Shown in pieces: positions 7,846-15,605 of a stretch of DNA of 17,526 nucleotides. The DNA is from Leidyana gryllorum EB-2025a (lineage: Eukaryota > Protista > Apicomplexa). Within the stretch, counting starts at the first letter, position 1, and the number at the start of each line of letters is the position of its first letter. The position numbers and the translations under genes were made by a program. A model generated the notes under the pieces. The model saw only the letters and a program-made list of their open reading frames with translations, was not told where the DNA came from and did no database searches. Location of the stretch: NCBI GenBank assembly GCA_048772705.1, contig JBLWGC010000064.1, positions 1-17,526 of the forward strand, written 5' to 3'.

Positions 7846-7916
7846 GCATCTATGGTCTGTTGGTAGAATGTCTCGTTGCCATCGAGACGACCCGTTTTCG
7901 ATTCCCGGCAGATGCA
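7846..7916 (+). pseudogene. tRNA-Gly(GCC), degenerate
   Basis: Anticodon arm intact; T-stem broken. Confidence 0.75.
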
Positions 7917-8060
7917 GACATAGCACATGGCTGATTCACTAGAATTCTACGCCGTTGAACACCAGTGCCAATTAGACACGGGCGGACAGCTGTAGCACTC
8001 GCAGGGACGTATGTGACCGCGCAGGGCCGAATGGGCGTGGATCCAAATCCCATCCTTGTC

Positions 8061-8128
8061 AGGATAGAACTTGGGACCTTCTTTCCTGCGTGTGGAGCAG
8101 ACGTCGTAAGGAGTAGACCATGGCTGTA
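8061..8128 (-). pseudogene. tRNA-Val remnant
   Basis: CAGCCATGGTCTAC...ACGACGTCTGCTCCACACGCAG. Confidence 0.65.
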
Positions 8129-8275
8129 CGGAGCTTCCGGGCTGTGAAAGGGGCGTATCCGATGAGCCTCACAGAAGTTGGACGGCCTGGAGTAGCTTAT
8201 TTAGAGAGCATATAACGCTCCTGTTACATTTCATCCTGATTGATGCCCCACTGCCTTGATAGCTACTTGCAGATT

Positions 8276-8347
8276 ATCCGAGTCGTCTAGTGGTTGGGAC
8301 AGCACGTTGTGGTCGTGCGAAGCCAGGCTCGATTTCCGGCTCGCCCA
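8276..8347 (+). pseudogene. tRNA-His pseudogene
   Basis: Homologous to 751-822 with acceptor and T-stem damage. Confidence 0.78.
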
Positions 8348-8477
8348 ATATGTCTCCGGTGTCTCTAATGGAACTTTCTCTTGATGGCTACACACTTTCC
8401 TCCAACCCCAAAAGTTTTTCCATTATGAGGTTCCACAAGGACAGAAAACGCGTGGAACGGCGAGCCAACAACATCCC

Positions 8478-8535
8478 GGCGAGATGGCCGATTTGTCTAA
8501 GGCGCTGTGTTCAGACCGCAGTCCGACAGGGCGAG
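8478..8535 (+). pseudogene. 3'-truncated tRNA-Leu(CAG)
   Basis: 5' half through the variable arm; T-arm missing. Confidence 0.75.
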
Positions 8536-8577
8536 GATCTGGGGTTGAGCCTTTCGAACCCCGGAGCAGTTGGACGG

Positions 8578-8657
8578 CCGGGGGTAGCTCAGTGGGTAGA
8601 GCATCTGACTGTAGTGCTGGCATCAGATAGTCGGCGGTTCGATTCCGTCCCACCGGA
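8578..8657 (+). tRNA. tRNA-Tyr-GTA: tRNA-Tyr(GTA) with a 7-nt intron (8615-8621)
   Basis: C1-G72, A73; TCTGA-CT-GTA-G-[tgctggc]-A-TCAGA; G5:A68 mismatch. Confidence 0.87.
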
Positions 8658-8738
8658 AGTAGAGTGGTGATTGGCAAAGTACTAGACAGCGTTGATAGGC
8701 CAACCAGACTACTCTGGCGAGGGTTCCATCTATGTAGT

Positions 8739-8811
8739 TCGGATGGGCTGAGAATCGATCCCGGAACCTTTCGTATACCAAGCACCGTCTCATCATCTGG
8801 ACTAGCCTCCC
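8739..8811 (-). pseudogene. Decayed tRNA-Ala-like remnant
   Basis: GGAGGCTAGTCCAGATG...GGGATCGAT; inverted copy at 11231-11302. Confidence 0.5.
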
Positions 8812-8900
8812 TCTGTGCCTACCTCGTGGCATTGAGTGATACTCTACATAGTGAGACGAGTCTCTCGACTGTACCCAGCGGGTTGAACCACCGGCTAGGC

Positions 8901-8972
8901 GGCTGTTTGGTCTAGTGGTATGATCCTTCCTTAGGGTGGAAGGAGTCCTGGGTTCGATTCCCAGAACAGCCC
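8901..8972 (+). tRNA. tRNA-Pro-AGG: tRNA-Pro(AGG)
   Basis: Same sequence as 7230-7301. Confidence 0.93.
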
Positions 8973-9106
8973 TCTTGGTTGTCGGTTGACCCGATGGGAT
9001 AAGCAGGTTTTAGAAGTAACACAACCACGTCGTTACCACTTCGGCACTCAAGACAATTAACATCTCAAAAATCGCATTTCGGCTCCCTCTTCCATGTTGC
9101 AGACTG

Positions 9107-9178
9107 AGCAGTGTAGCTCAGTGGAAGAGTGTTGGGCTCATAACCCAAAGGTCCGTCGATCGAAACGACGCACTGCTA
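9107..9178 (+). tRNA. tRNA-iMet-CAT: Initiator tRNA-Met(CAT)
   Basis: A1-U72; three G-C pairs closing the anticodon stem; T-loop ATCGAAA (A54, A60). Confidence 0.95.
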
Positions 9179-9227
9179 AGTGTGCGCAGGAGGGAAACAG
9201 TTATAGAATTGACTGGGTCGTGAGCAA

Positions 9228-9291
9228 AGCCTTCTGCCGGAATCGAGCCGGCGCTTACGAAGCGAACGCTCTGCCCCTAAGCTTAGAAGGC
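9228..9291 (-). pseudogene. tRNA-Thr(CGT) with an 8-nt internal deletion
   Basis: 3' anticodon stem and variable loop deleted between two CG dinucleotides. Confidence 0.8.
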
Positions 9292-9419
9292 AATGTAAGT
9301 CGGAGATAACGAAGCGATGGCTACTGACGGAGATTAGTGGAGCACTTTGCTCGAGTACTTCAACGCTCCACTGCTCCACCCACCGGCAAATAGGGTGTAA
9401 CTAAGTTGAGAGCTTCCTC

Positions 9420-9492
9420 GCCGCCCTAGCTCAGTCGGTAGAGCGCAAGACTTTTAATCTTGCAGTCGCGGGTTCGAGCCCCGCGGACGGTG
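9420..9492 (+). tRNA. tRNA-Lys-TTT: tRNA-Lys(TTT)
   Basis: Same sequence as 6701-6773. Confidence 0.88.
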
Positions 9493-9552
9493 CAAATCAA
9501 TGTCTCTGGGAGTAGGAATGGAACCGTTGCCTACAAGCACACTCAGCTGGAT

Positions 9553-9625
9553 TTCCACTGCCGGGACTTGAACCCGGATCGTGCGGGTGAGAGCCGCATA
9601 TCCTAGCCACTTAGACTACAGTGGA
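9553..9625 (-). tRNA. tRNA-Glu-CTC: tRNA-Glu(CTC)
   Basis: TGCGG-CT-CTC-AC-CCGCA; full cloverleaf. Confidence 0.92.
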
Positions 9626-9742
9626 CAACTCCCTCAGCTGCAGCTTTAGCCGAGAGCCGTACCCTCTTGACAAGACGTGGTTGCAGAATCCTGCGGTACA
9701 AAAAGGAGGATGTCTATACTAACCTGTGAACCATTGTAGCTG

Positions 9743-9815
9743 GGTCTTGTAGCTCAGTCGGCAGAGCGTGTGGTTGTTAACCACAAAGTCGCAGGTTCGA
9801 AACCTGCCAGGACCG
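9743..9815 (+). tRNA. tRNA-Asn-GTT: tRNA-Asn(GTT)
   Basis: GGTCTTG/CAGGACC-G; TGTGG-TT-GTT-AA-CCACA. Confidence 0.9.
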
Positions 9816-9932
9816 GTTTCAGAGGCACACTAAACACTGACTGCGCTGCTCTCCCAATGGCACTTGTGGTCTGCGACTCTTCAAAGATGTAAGGTTGTGT
9901 TTGGATCCCGCCACGTGCAGCCGTATGTACTT

Positions 9933-10005
9933 TGGACGACCTGGGTATCGATCCCAGTACCTCTCGCATGCGAAGCGAGCGCACTACCATCTGAGCTAGC
10001 CGCCC
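9933..10005 (-). tRNA. tRNA-Ala-CGC: tRNA-Ala(CGC)
   Basis: G3:U70; ATCGATA T-loop; one D-stem mismatch. Confidence 0.85.
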
Positions 10006-10065
10006 ATGCGCTCTACATGGAAGACCTATTGCATCCAGTGGCTGACCGAGGGCCGATAAAACGGC

Positions 10066-10145
10066 TGACAAGAGTGGGATTCGAACCCACGCCCTTTCGG
10101 ACTGCGGCCTTAACACAGCGCCTTGGACCACTCGGCCATCTTGCC
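10066..10145 (-). tRNA. tRNA-Leu-AAG: tRNA-Leu(AAG)
   Basis: Identical to Leu(CAG) 1117-1196 except base 34. Confidence 0.93.
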
Positions 10146-10218
10146 GGAATGTCTTGGCTCGCCACTTTACACGTTTTCTGTTCGTGAAGTCTCGAGAAGG
10201 AAGTGCTTGTTCTCACGG

Positions 10219-10297
10219 CCCGCGGTGCTTAGATGGCAACCCATCTGATGGTAGTGGTGGCATCAGCTATTCGGCGAGGAAATTCCGTCCGCCGGGA
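10219..10297 (+). pseudogene. tRNA-Tyr pseudogene
   Basis: Mirror of 5895-5973. Confidence 0.75.
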
Positions 10298-10373
10298 GTT
10301 GAGGAGTGGACTTCTTACAACGCATTCCATCCTGATCGATGCTTCGCTACCTCTACAGCCTCGCTCAAAGATT

Positions 10374-10415
10374 GTCCGAGTCGTCTAGTGGTTAGGACAG
10401 CACGTTGTGGCCGTG
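10374..10415 (+). pseudogene. tRNA-His 5' fragment
   Basis: Ends after the anticodon arm; joined to the spacer found after Met at about 15835. Confidence 0.8.
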
Positions 10416-10595
10416 TATCGAAACCGCCGACAGGCTCATCTTGCTATCATTTTGCATCTGTCGCGAATCGGACACAGGTCAGTCTAAAGTGGCAGTGAGT
10501 GACTCTTCCGCTAGACCACAGGTGTAGAACACGATCTTGTGAATCTTGTGCGTGGTGACAGCCATGCGTCTTAAGCCTAGTGACGCATCAAGGCC

Positions 10596-10668
10596 TGCAC
10601 CTGCCGGGACTCGAACCCGGCGACTGCGAGCATGGGAAGCTTGCATCCTACCCTTGGACCACAAGTGC
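10596..10668 (-). pseudogene. tRNA-Gly(CCC) with small insertions
   Basis: Mirror of 5601-5671; may be consensus error. Confidence 0.7.
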
Positions 10669-10762
10669 ACTCGAGAAAGAGCTTCGAGCACCCCGAAGAC
10701 TCGGCCGCAGTCTGCGTTGAGCTAGTGGTTCAGCTTTGCTAGGTGCCCAGTCGATGCAGTCG

Positions 10763-10843
10763 AGCCTCCGCTGCCGGAAACTTGAACCGGCGACCTTTCG
10801 GCTTACTAAGCCGAATGCTCTAGCCCCTAAGACTACAGAAGGC
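10763..10843 (-). pseudogene. tRNA-Thr(AGT) with many 1-nt insertions
   Basis: Thr body interrupted by scattered insertions. Confidence 0.7.
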
Positions 10844-10928
10844 AACATGCCACAGCCGAAGATCAGCTAGAGTCAGTCACTATTGATCGGAGGTTACTGA
10901 AGCACTTTGCTCGAATCAGTCCAATGAC

Positions 10929-11007
10929 TTCCTACTGTCGAGACTTGAACCCGCGATCTGTGCGGGTGAAAGCCGCATATGCGCTAGCCACTTACGACTA
11001 CAGTGGA
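10929..11007 (-). pseudogene. tRNA-Glu(TTC) with many 1-nt insertions
   Basis: TGCGG-CT-TTC-AC-CCGCA. Confidence 0.7.
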
Positions 11008-11071
11008 CAACGTCCTCAGCTGCAGCTTTGGACAAGAGATGATAGAGCGTCGGGTCAACCGACAACCAACG

Positions 11072-11143
11072 GGGCTGCTCTGGGAATCAAACCCAGGACT
11101 TCTTCTACCCTAAGGAAGGATCAGACCACCAGACCAAACAGCC
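11072..11143 (-). pseudogene. tRNA-Pro(AGG), degenerate
   Basis: About six substitutions versus 8901-8972. Confidence 0.75.
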
Positions 11144-11230
11144 GCCTAGCCGGTGGTTCAACCCGCTGGGTATCATCAGAACCGTCTCACTATGTGAAGT
11201 ATCACTCAGTGTCATAAGGTAAACACACGA

Positions 11231-11302
11231 GGGAGGCTGGCCCAGATGATGAAACGGTCGCTTAGTGTCGAAAGGTTCTGGGATCGATTCCAACCTTTCC
11301 GA
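11231..11302 (+). pseudogene. Decayed tRNA-Ala-like remnant
   Basis: GGGAGGCTGGCCCAGATG...TCGCTTAG...CTGGGATCGAT. Confidence 0.5.
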
Positions 11303-11404
11303 ACTACAATAGATGGAACCCTCGCCGGAGTTGTCTAGTTGGCCTATCAACGCTGTCTGCCAAAATCGTCAGGTTGAGGAGTAGTTCTCAAACCATCTCT
11401 CTCT

Positions 11405-11486
11405 TCCGGTGGGACGGAATCGAACCGCCGACTATCTGATGCCACTACTACAGTCAGATGCTCTACCAACTGAGCTACCCCCCCGG
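11405..11486 (-). tRNA. tRNA-Tyr-GTA: tRNA-Tyr(GTA) with a 7-nt intron; two extra G in the 5' homopolymer
   Basis: TCTGA-CT-GTA-G-[tagtggc]-A-TCAGA. Confidence 0.8.
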
Positions 11487-11559
11487 CCGGCCAACGGCGT
11501 CGAGGTATGCAAGCTCAACCTCAAACCCTGGACGGTGACAGTTTAAGCTCTCAACTACG

Positions 11560-11637
11560 CCACAGATTTCGGGGTAGTCCGAGGTGCCAGACTCAAGTTC
11601 TGGTAAGACTAGACGATCTGGGATATCGATCCTAGTA
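11560..11637. pseudogene. Leu(CAA) 5' fragment (+) fused to an Ala 3' fragment (-)
   Basis: GCCAGACTCAAGTTCTGGTA followed by GACGATCTGGGATATCGATCCTAGTA. Confidence 0.6.
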
Positions 11638-11679
11638 GCTGGTTGCATCCAATGGCTCACCGAGTGCCAATACAACGCC

Positions 11680-11768
11680 TGACAAGAGTGGGATTCGAAC
11701 CCACGCCCTTTCGGACTGCGGCCTGAACACAGCGCCTTGGACCACTCGGACCACTTGGCCATCTTGCC
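11680..11768 (-). pseudogene. tRNA-Leu(CAG) with a 9-nt D-arm duplication
   Basis: GGACCACTC-GGACCACTT on the + strand; otherwise as 1117-1196. Confidence 0.78.
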
Positions 11769-11862
11769 GAAATGTTGTTGGCTCGCCGCTCCACGCTTTT
11801 TCTATCCGTGGAATCTCAAAATGGAAGAACTTCTGGGGTTGCAGGCCGGCGTATCCAGAGCG

Positions 11863-11933
11863 TCCGAGATAGTATAGCGCTTAGTATTTCCGCCTATTAC
11901 GCGGAAGACCAGGGTGGATTCCAGGTCTCGGAG
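11863..11933 (+). pseudogene. tRNA-Asp pseudogene (anticodon ATT)
   Basis: Same module as 1316-1385. Confidence 0.78.
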
Positions 11934-12071
11934 CAGTTCCAGCCCCTCACAACTGCTGCAACTCAGATTTTGTCTCAGCTGGTCTGGACTTCATCCGGGA
12001 TTATACGAGTGGGAGCCGCGTATGGTAGCCGACCTGGGAGAGACGTGGCATTCAGTCAACAACTATCAGAC

Positions 12072-12143
12072 GGGCTCTTCTGGGAATCGAACACAGGCCT
12101 TCTTCCACCCGACAGAAGAATCATACCACTAGACCAAACAGCC
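12072..12143 (-). pseudogene. tRNA-Pro(CGG), degenerate
   Basis: CTTCT-GT-CGG-GT-GGAAG; acceptor and T-stem mismatches. Confidence 0.72.
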
Positions 12144-12207
12144 GCCTGTCGGTCGTGCAAACCGCTGAGGACACTTGAGATAGTGACACCAAATGTCACA
12201 ACGTCGC

Positions 12208-12280
12208 TGCCTCGGCCGTGGATCGAACACGGGACTTCCAGATCTTGAGTCTGGCGCTCTCCCAACTGAGCTACCGAGGC
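12208..12280 (-). tRNA. tRNA-Phe body with a CAA (Leu) anticodon
   Basis: Identical to 2595-2667 except G34 to C. Confidence 0.75.
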
Positions 12281-12368
12281 GGTAGGTAGTCACGGAAGGC
12301 GATGAAAATAAGCACTTACCGCGGCGGTATGTGGGGCCACTCCTCGCCGCATGGCGAAACCGACGGTA

Positions 12369-12495
12369 GCCAACTTGCCCGAGTGGGGAAGGGGGTAGAT
12401 TGGAATTCATGCGTAAGTTGGTGTCTGACCCCTCCAATCACATCGCACGACAACTGCTGGATCTGCACCAGCGCGGCCCAGGCCCAGTTGAATTC
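12369..12495. pseudogene. tRNA-Ser split by a 93-bp micro-inversion
   Basis: 5' half on +, 3' half on -; inverted segment bounded by GAATTC at 12403 and 12490. Confidence 0.8.
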
Positions 12496-12554
12496 TGTGG
12501 TGGAAATGATGCTATTCCCAGCATCAAACCCTCATATGGACCGAGACAGGGAGT

Positions 12555-12625
12555 GCCTTCTTAGCTTAGGGCAGAGCATTCGCTTAGTAAGCGAAAGGTC
12601 GCCGATTTGATTTCGGCAGAAGGCT
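12555..12625 (+). pseudogene. tRNA-Thr(AGT), T-loop damaged
   Basis: GCCGATTTGATTTCGGC T-arm. Confidence 0.72.
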
Positions 12626-12674
12626 TTGGTCACGACCCAATCAATTCTATAACTGTTTCCCTCCTGCGCACACT

Positions 12675-12746
12675 TAGCAGTGCGTCGTTTCGATCGACGA
12701 ACCTTTGGGTTATGAGCCCAACACTCTTCCACTGAGCTACACTGCT
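12675..12746 (-). tRNA. tRNA-iMet-CAT: Initiator tRNA-Met(CAT)
   Basis: One substitution versus 9107-9178. Confidence 0.9.
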
Positions 12747-12879
12747 CAGTCTGACATGGAAGAGGGAGCCGAAATGCGATTCTTGAGATGTTAATGGCCT
12801 TGAGTGCCGAAGTGGGCCAACGAGGTGGCTGTGTTGGCTGTGAGGGCAACTTGTTCCATCGGGTCAACCGACAACCAAC

Positions 12880-12951
12880 GGGCTGTTCTGGGAATCGAAC
12901 CCAGGACTCCTTCCACCCTAAGGAAGGATCATATCACTAGACCAAACAGCC
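12880..12951 (-). tRNA. tRNA-Pro-AGG: tRNA-Pro(AGG), D-loop GG changed to GA
   Basis: One substitution versus 7230-7301. Confidence 0.8.
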
Positions 12952-13005
12952 GACTGGTCGGTGGTGGAAATTGCTGGTAGAGTCGGGAGACTGGTCATAA
13001 TATGT

Positions 13006-13078
13006 CAGCGGCTAGCTCAAATGATATAGCACTCGCTTAAGATGCGAGAGATACTGGGATCAATGCCCAGGTCGTCCA
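13006..13078 (+). pseudogene. tRNA-Ala pseudogene
   Basis: Ala body; anticodon AAG; 5' acceptor strand damaged. Confidence 0.75.
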
Positions 13079-13153
13079 AACTCTAACGGCTGCACCTGCG
13101 GTATTTGAAAACAGAGTCACGACCGAATGGAGTTGATGCCCAATCACATAACA

Positions 13154-13235
13154 CGACAACTGCTGGATTTGAACCAGCGCGGTCCACGCCCAGTAGATTT
13201 CTAGTCTACCCCCTTAACCACTCGGGCAAGTTGCC
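13154..13235 (-). tRNA. tRNA-Ser-AGA: tRNA-Ser(AGA)
   Basis: GTAGA-CT-AGA-AA-TCTAC; intact acceptor and T arms. Confidence 0.85.
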
Positions 13236-13307
13236 ACCTGTTCAACTCGGCATTTTGCGGCCAGTGGCTCCACATACGGTTCAGCAAGTTTGACTAGGAT
13301 CTCCATT

Positions 13308-13341
13308 GAGTCTTGCGCTCTAGCGACGGAGCTGGCGCGGC
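13308..13341 (-). pseudogene. tRNA-Lys 5' fragment
   Basis: GCTCCGTCGCTAGAGCGCAAGACTC. Confidence 0.6.
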
Positions 13342-13441
13342 AGGGAAGCTCGGACTTGGTAACAAGTTCCTTTCGTATTAGTCGCAGAATGTTGTGGTTT
13401 CCTCGTGTGCGAGGCGACTCTTCAGCAGAGATCCCCTCACT

Positions 13442-13510
13442 TGGTCACGCCCGGGCTCGAACCGAGGACCTTGACTTTAGGCTCGCGCTAACCGACTGAG
13501 CTACGCGACC
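13442..13510 (-). pseudogene. tRNA-Ile-type pseudogene, anticodon arm partly deleted
   Basis: GGTCGCG/CGTGACC-A; homologous to 14600-14673. Confidence 0.7.
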
Positions 13511-13599
13511 ACTTCTGCAACGACAGATGGCACCGACCCGGATGCTGGATCCCCCAGAGCTGGAATCAAACATCAGAGCCATTTAGACACTGGCGGACA

Positions 13600-13653
13600 G
13601 CACCCAATTTTCTAAGCAGGAGTCAGACGCGCTACGTTCCCAGCCATAGGCCC
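13600..13653 (-). pseudogene. tRNA-Trp remnant
   Basis: GGAGTCAGACGCGCTAC and the Trp upstream flank on the + strand. Confidence 0.6.
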
Positions 13654-13720
13654 AAAACATCCCCCGCTCCAGACTCATTGCCTTGTGGTCCAACATCTCC
13701 GATCGTTCCAAACCATCTTC

Positions 13721-13792
13721 AGGGCACGCGCGGAGTTAAACCACGGACTTGCTGATCTGCAGTCAGCTGCTCTACCACTGAGCTACGTACCC
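13721..13792 (-). tRNA. tRNA-Cys-GCA: tRNA-Cys(GCA), C56 to T
   Basis: One substitution versus 3262-3333, in the B box. Confidence 0.72.
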
Positions 13793-13888
13793 ACAAACTA
13801 CCCGTCATACTTGCTCAACTCGATTCTGTCTTCTCTTCTGAAGCAAAACGGCCGGTATTGTGCACGAGCTTAAACAACAACGAGTTGT

Positions 13889-13959
13889 GCATCTGTGGTC
13901 TTGTGGTAGAATGTGTCGTTGCCACCGAGACGACCCAGGTTCGATTCCCAACAGGTAGG
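13889..13959 (+). pseudogene. tRNA-Gly(GCC) pseudogene
   Basis: 3' end decayed. Confidence 0.75.
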
Positions 13960-14106
13960 AAGGAGGCACGCCTCAAACCGCCGTGGCAAATTAGCAGAGA
14001 CGCTGACAAGCTTGGTGGCACGAGGCCGGGGCATTCTGACACACCTGATGTAACAACCCCCTCGAGATAGATCGAATGTGAGTTACGCGGTGGAACGGCG
14101 GTGATC

Positions 14107-14180
14107 GCTCCCCTAGCTCAGCTGGTTAGAGCATCGGCCTTATGTGCCGAAGGTCGAGGGTTCGATCCCCCCGGGGAGCA
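14107..14180 (+). tRNA. tRNA-Ile-TAT: tRNA-Ile(TAT), intronless
   Basis: GCTCCCC/GGGGAGC-A; TCGGC-CT-TAT-GT-GCCGA; one T-stem mismatch. Confidence 0.88.
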
Positions 14181-14267
14181 AATCAACCCAATGACAGCCG
14201 AACGCGACCGCCGAGTAGTCCAGCATTTGACACCTATGAGTGCCCTAGCCGGGCAGGCCGACCAGGA

Positions 14268-14374
14268 GACTGTTTGGTCTGAAGGTATGATTTTTCCTCG
14301 CTTAAAAGAACATTGCAACTGGGTCTTGTAGCTCAGTCGGCAGAGTCTACCCCCTAACCACTCGGGCGAGTTGC
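14268..14374. pseudogene. Pro 5' fragment, then an Asn 5' fragment (+) fused to a Ser 5' fragment (-)
   Basis: GGTCTTGTAGCTCAGTCGGCAGAG overlaps AGTCTACCCCCTAACCACTCGGGC; 14226-14345 repeats at 15199-15318. Confidence 0.7.
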
Positions 14375-14444
14375 AGGCCTGTTCCAACTGGGCATCTTGC
14401 GCCCAGTGCCGTCACATACGGTTCAGCAAGCTCGACTCGGACTT

Positions 14445-14511
14445 CTCGCGCTGCCCGAACCTGCGGTCTCCCATCAAAAGTCTTGCGCTCTTTCGACGGA
14501 CTTGGGGCGGC
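14445..14511 (-). pseudogene. tRNA-Lys(TTT) pseudogene
   Basis: GAGCGCAAGACTTTTGA; same decayed type as 16268-16339. Confidence 0.65.
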
Positions 14512-14599
14512 AACAAGAGCTCGGACTTAATAACGGATTTCATCCGGATTGGTCGTTGGAATATTGGGCCTTCCTCGGGTCCAGGGCAACTCTATATCA

Positions 14600-14673
14600 A
14601 GGTGACGCCCGGGCTCCAACCGCGGACTCAGAACTTATTAGGCTCACGCTCTGACCGCCTGAAATGAGCGACC
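14600..14673 (-). pseudogene. tRNA-Ile(AAT) pseudogene
   Basis: GAGC-CT-AAT-AA-GTTC; decayed D and T arms. Confidence 0.65.
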
Positions 14674-14886
14674 GCTTCAGAGTTGAGGTGAACAGTCACT
14701 AGCCGAAGGAGCCGACTGATGTGTTCAACAAAGCCTTATGATTGGTACTGAACCGGCCACTCCAACCTTCTTCCATCCCGTCAAGCAGTCATTCCAAAGG
14801 CAAATACTGACATCGAGAAGGGGGTGTACCTACATCTACCAATTCGCACGGGATTCCCGATGGAAGGTGTAGCCCGTTCCACTCTC

Positions 14887-14968
14887 GGCAAGGTGGCCGA
14901 GTGGTTGAGGCGGCGGCCTGCTAAGCCGTTGGGTTTCACCCGCGTGAGTTCGAATCTCACCCCTGTCG
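14887..14968 (+). tRNA. tRNA-Ser-GCT: tRNA-Ser(GCT), variant
   Basis: Three substitutions versus 4080-4161. Confidence 0.83.
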
Positions 14969-15089
14969 GTAGCGTTCGGGAAAAAGCGCAACTGCTTTGT
15001 CCGACCCAAATCCAAGGCTCTACCCTGCGCGCTATATACAGGAGCCACTTGAAATATTTCAGAGATCAGTAGAGACCCGTGTTGCGGGA

Positions 15090-15143
15090 GACCTCGGACA
15101 CTGCAGTCATAAGCCCAACACTCTCGCACTGAGTTCCACTACT
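15090..15143 (-). pseudogene. Initiator Met remnant
   Basis: CTCAGTGCGAGAGTGTTGGGCTTAT plus the iMet upstream spacer. Confidence 0.6.
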
Positions 15144-15240
15144 CCAGCGTCGGATATCATGCAGGAAGCGGAAATGTGGTTCTTGAGATGCGGATCGATT
15201 TGACACCTATGAGTGCCGTAGCTGGGCAGGCCGACCAGGG

Positions 15241-15270
15241 GGCTGTTTGGTCTGAAGGTATGATTTCTCC
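15241..15270 (+). pseudogene. tRNA-Pro 5' fragment
   Basis: GGCTGTTTGGTCTGAAGGTATGATT. Confidence 0.6.
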
Positions 15271-15294
15271 TCGCTCAAAAGAACATTGCAACTG

Positions 15295-15367
15295 GGTCTT
15301 GTAGCTCAGTCGGCAAAGCGTGTAGCTGTTCACCACAAAGTCGCAGTTTCGAAGCCTGGCAGTACCG
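15295..15367 (+). pseudogene. tRNA-Asn(GTT) pseudogene
   Basis: Multiple substitutions versus 9743-9815. Confidence 0.75.
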
Positions 15368-15444
15368 GGAGCTGCGATGTCCAACTCTCTCTTAGAGGTC
15401 GCAACTCTGTATCTAACCACCGGCAGGTGCCGGCCTACTGAGTT

Positions 15445-15517
15445 TGGACAACCTGGCTATCGATCCCAGTACCTCTCGCATGCTAAGCGAGCGCTCTACC
15501 ATTTGAGCTAGTCGCCC
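15445..15517 (-). tRNA. tRNA-Ala-AGC: tRNA-Ala(AGC)
   Basis: G3:U70; CTCGC-TT-AGC-AT-GCGAG; acceptor and T-stem mismatches. Confidence 0.75.
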
Positions 15518-15605
15518 GTTGTGCGGACCCCATCGCATTTGTTGGTTCTCAACATAGGATGACCACCTTTTAAACTGTCTTCAGCGGGTTGCACGAATGA
15601 AAGGC

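Larger units (their letters stand above)
8900..10415. repeat. Right arm of the 1.5-kb inverted repeat
   Basis: Mirror of 5777-7302. Confidence 0.92.

Noticed and set aside
14732-14801. Possible Thr remnant here, Leu remnant at about 7980-8061 and Glu remnant at about 11986-12030
   Set aside because: Too diverged to bound or support by eye
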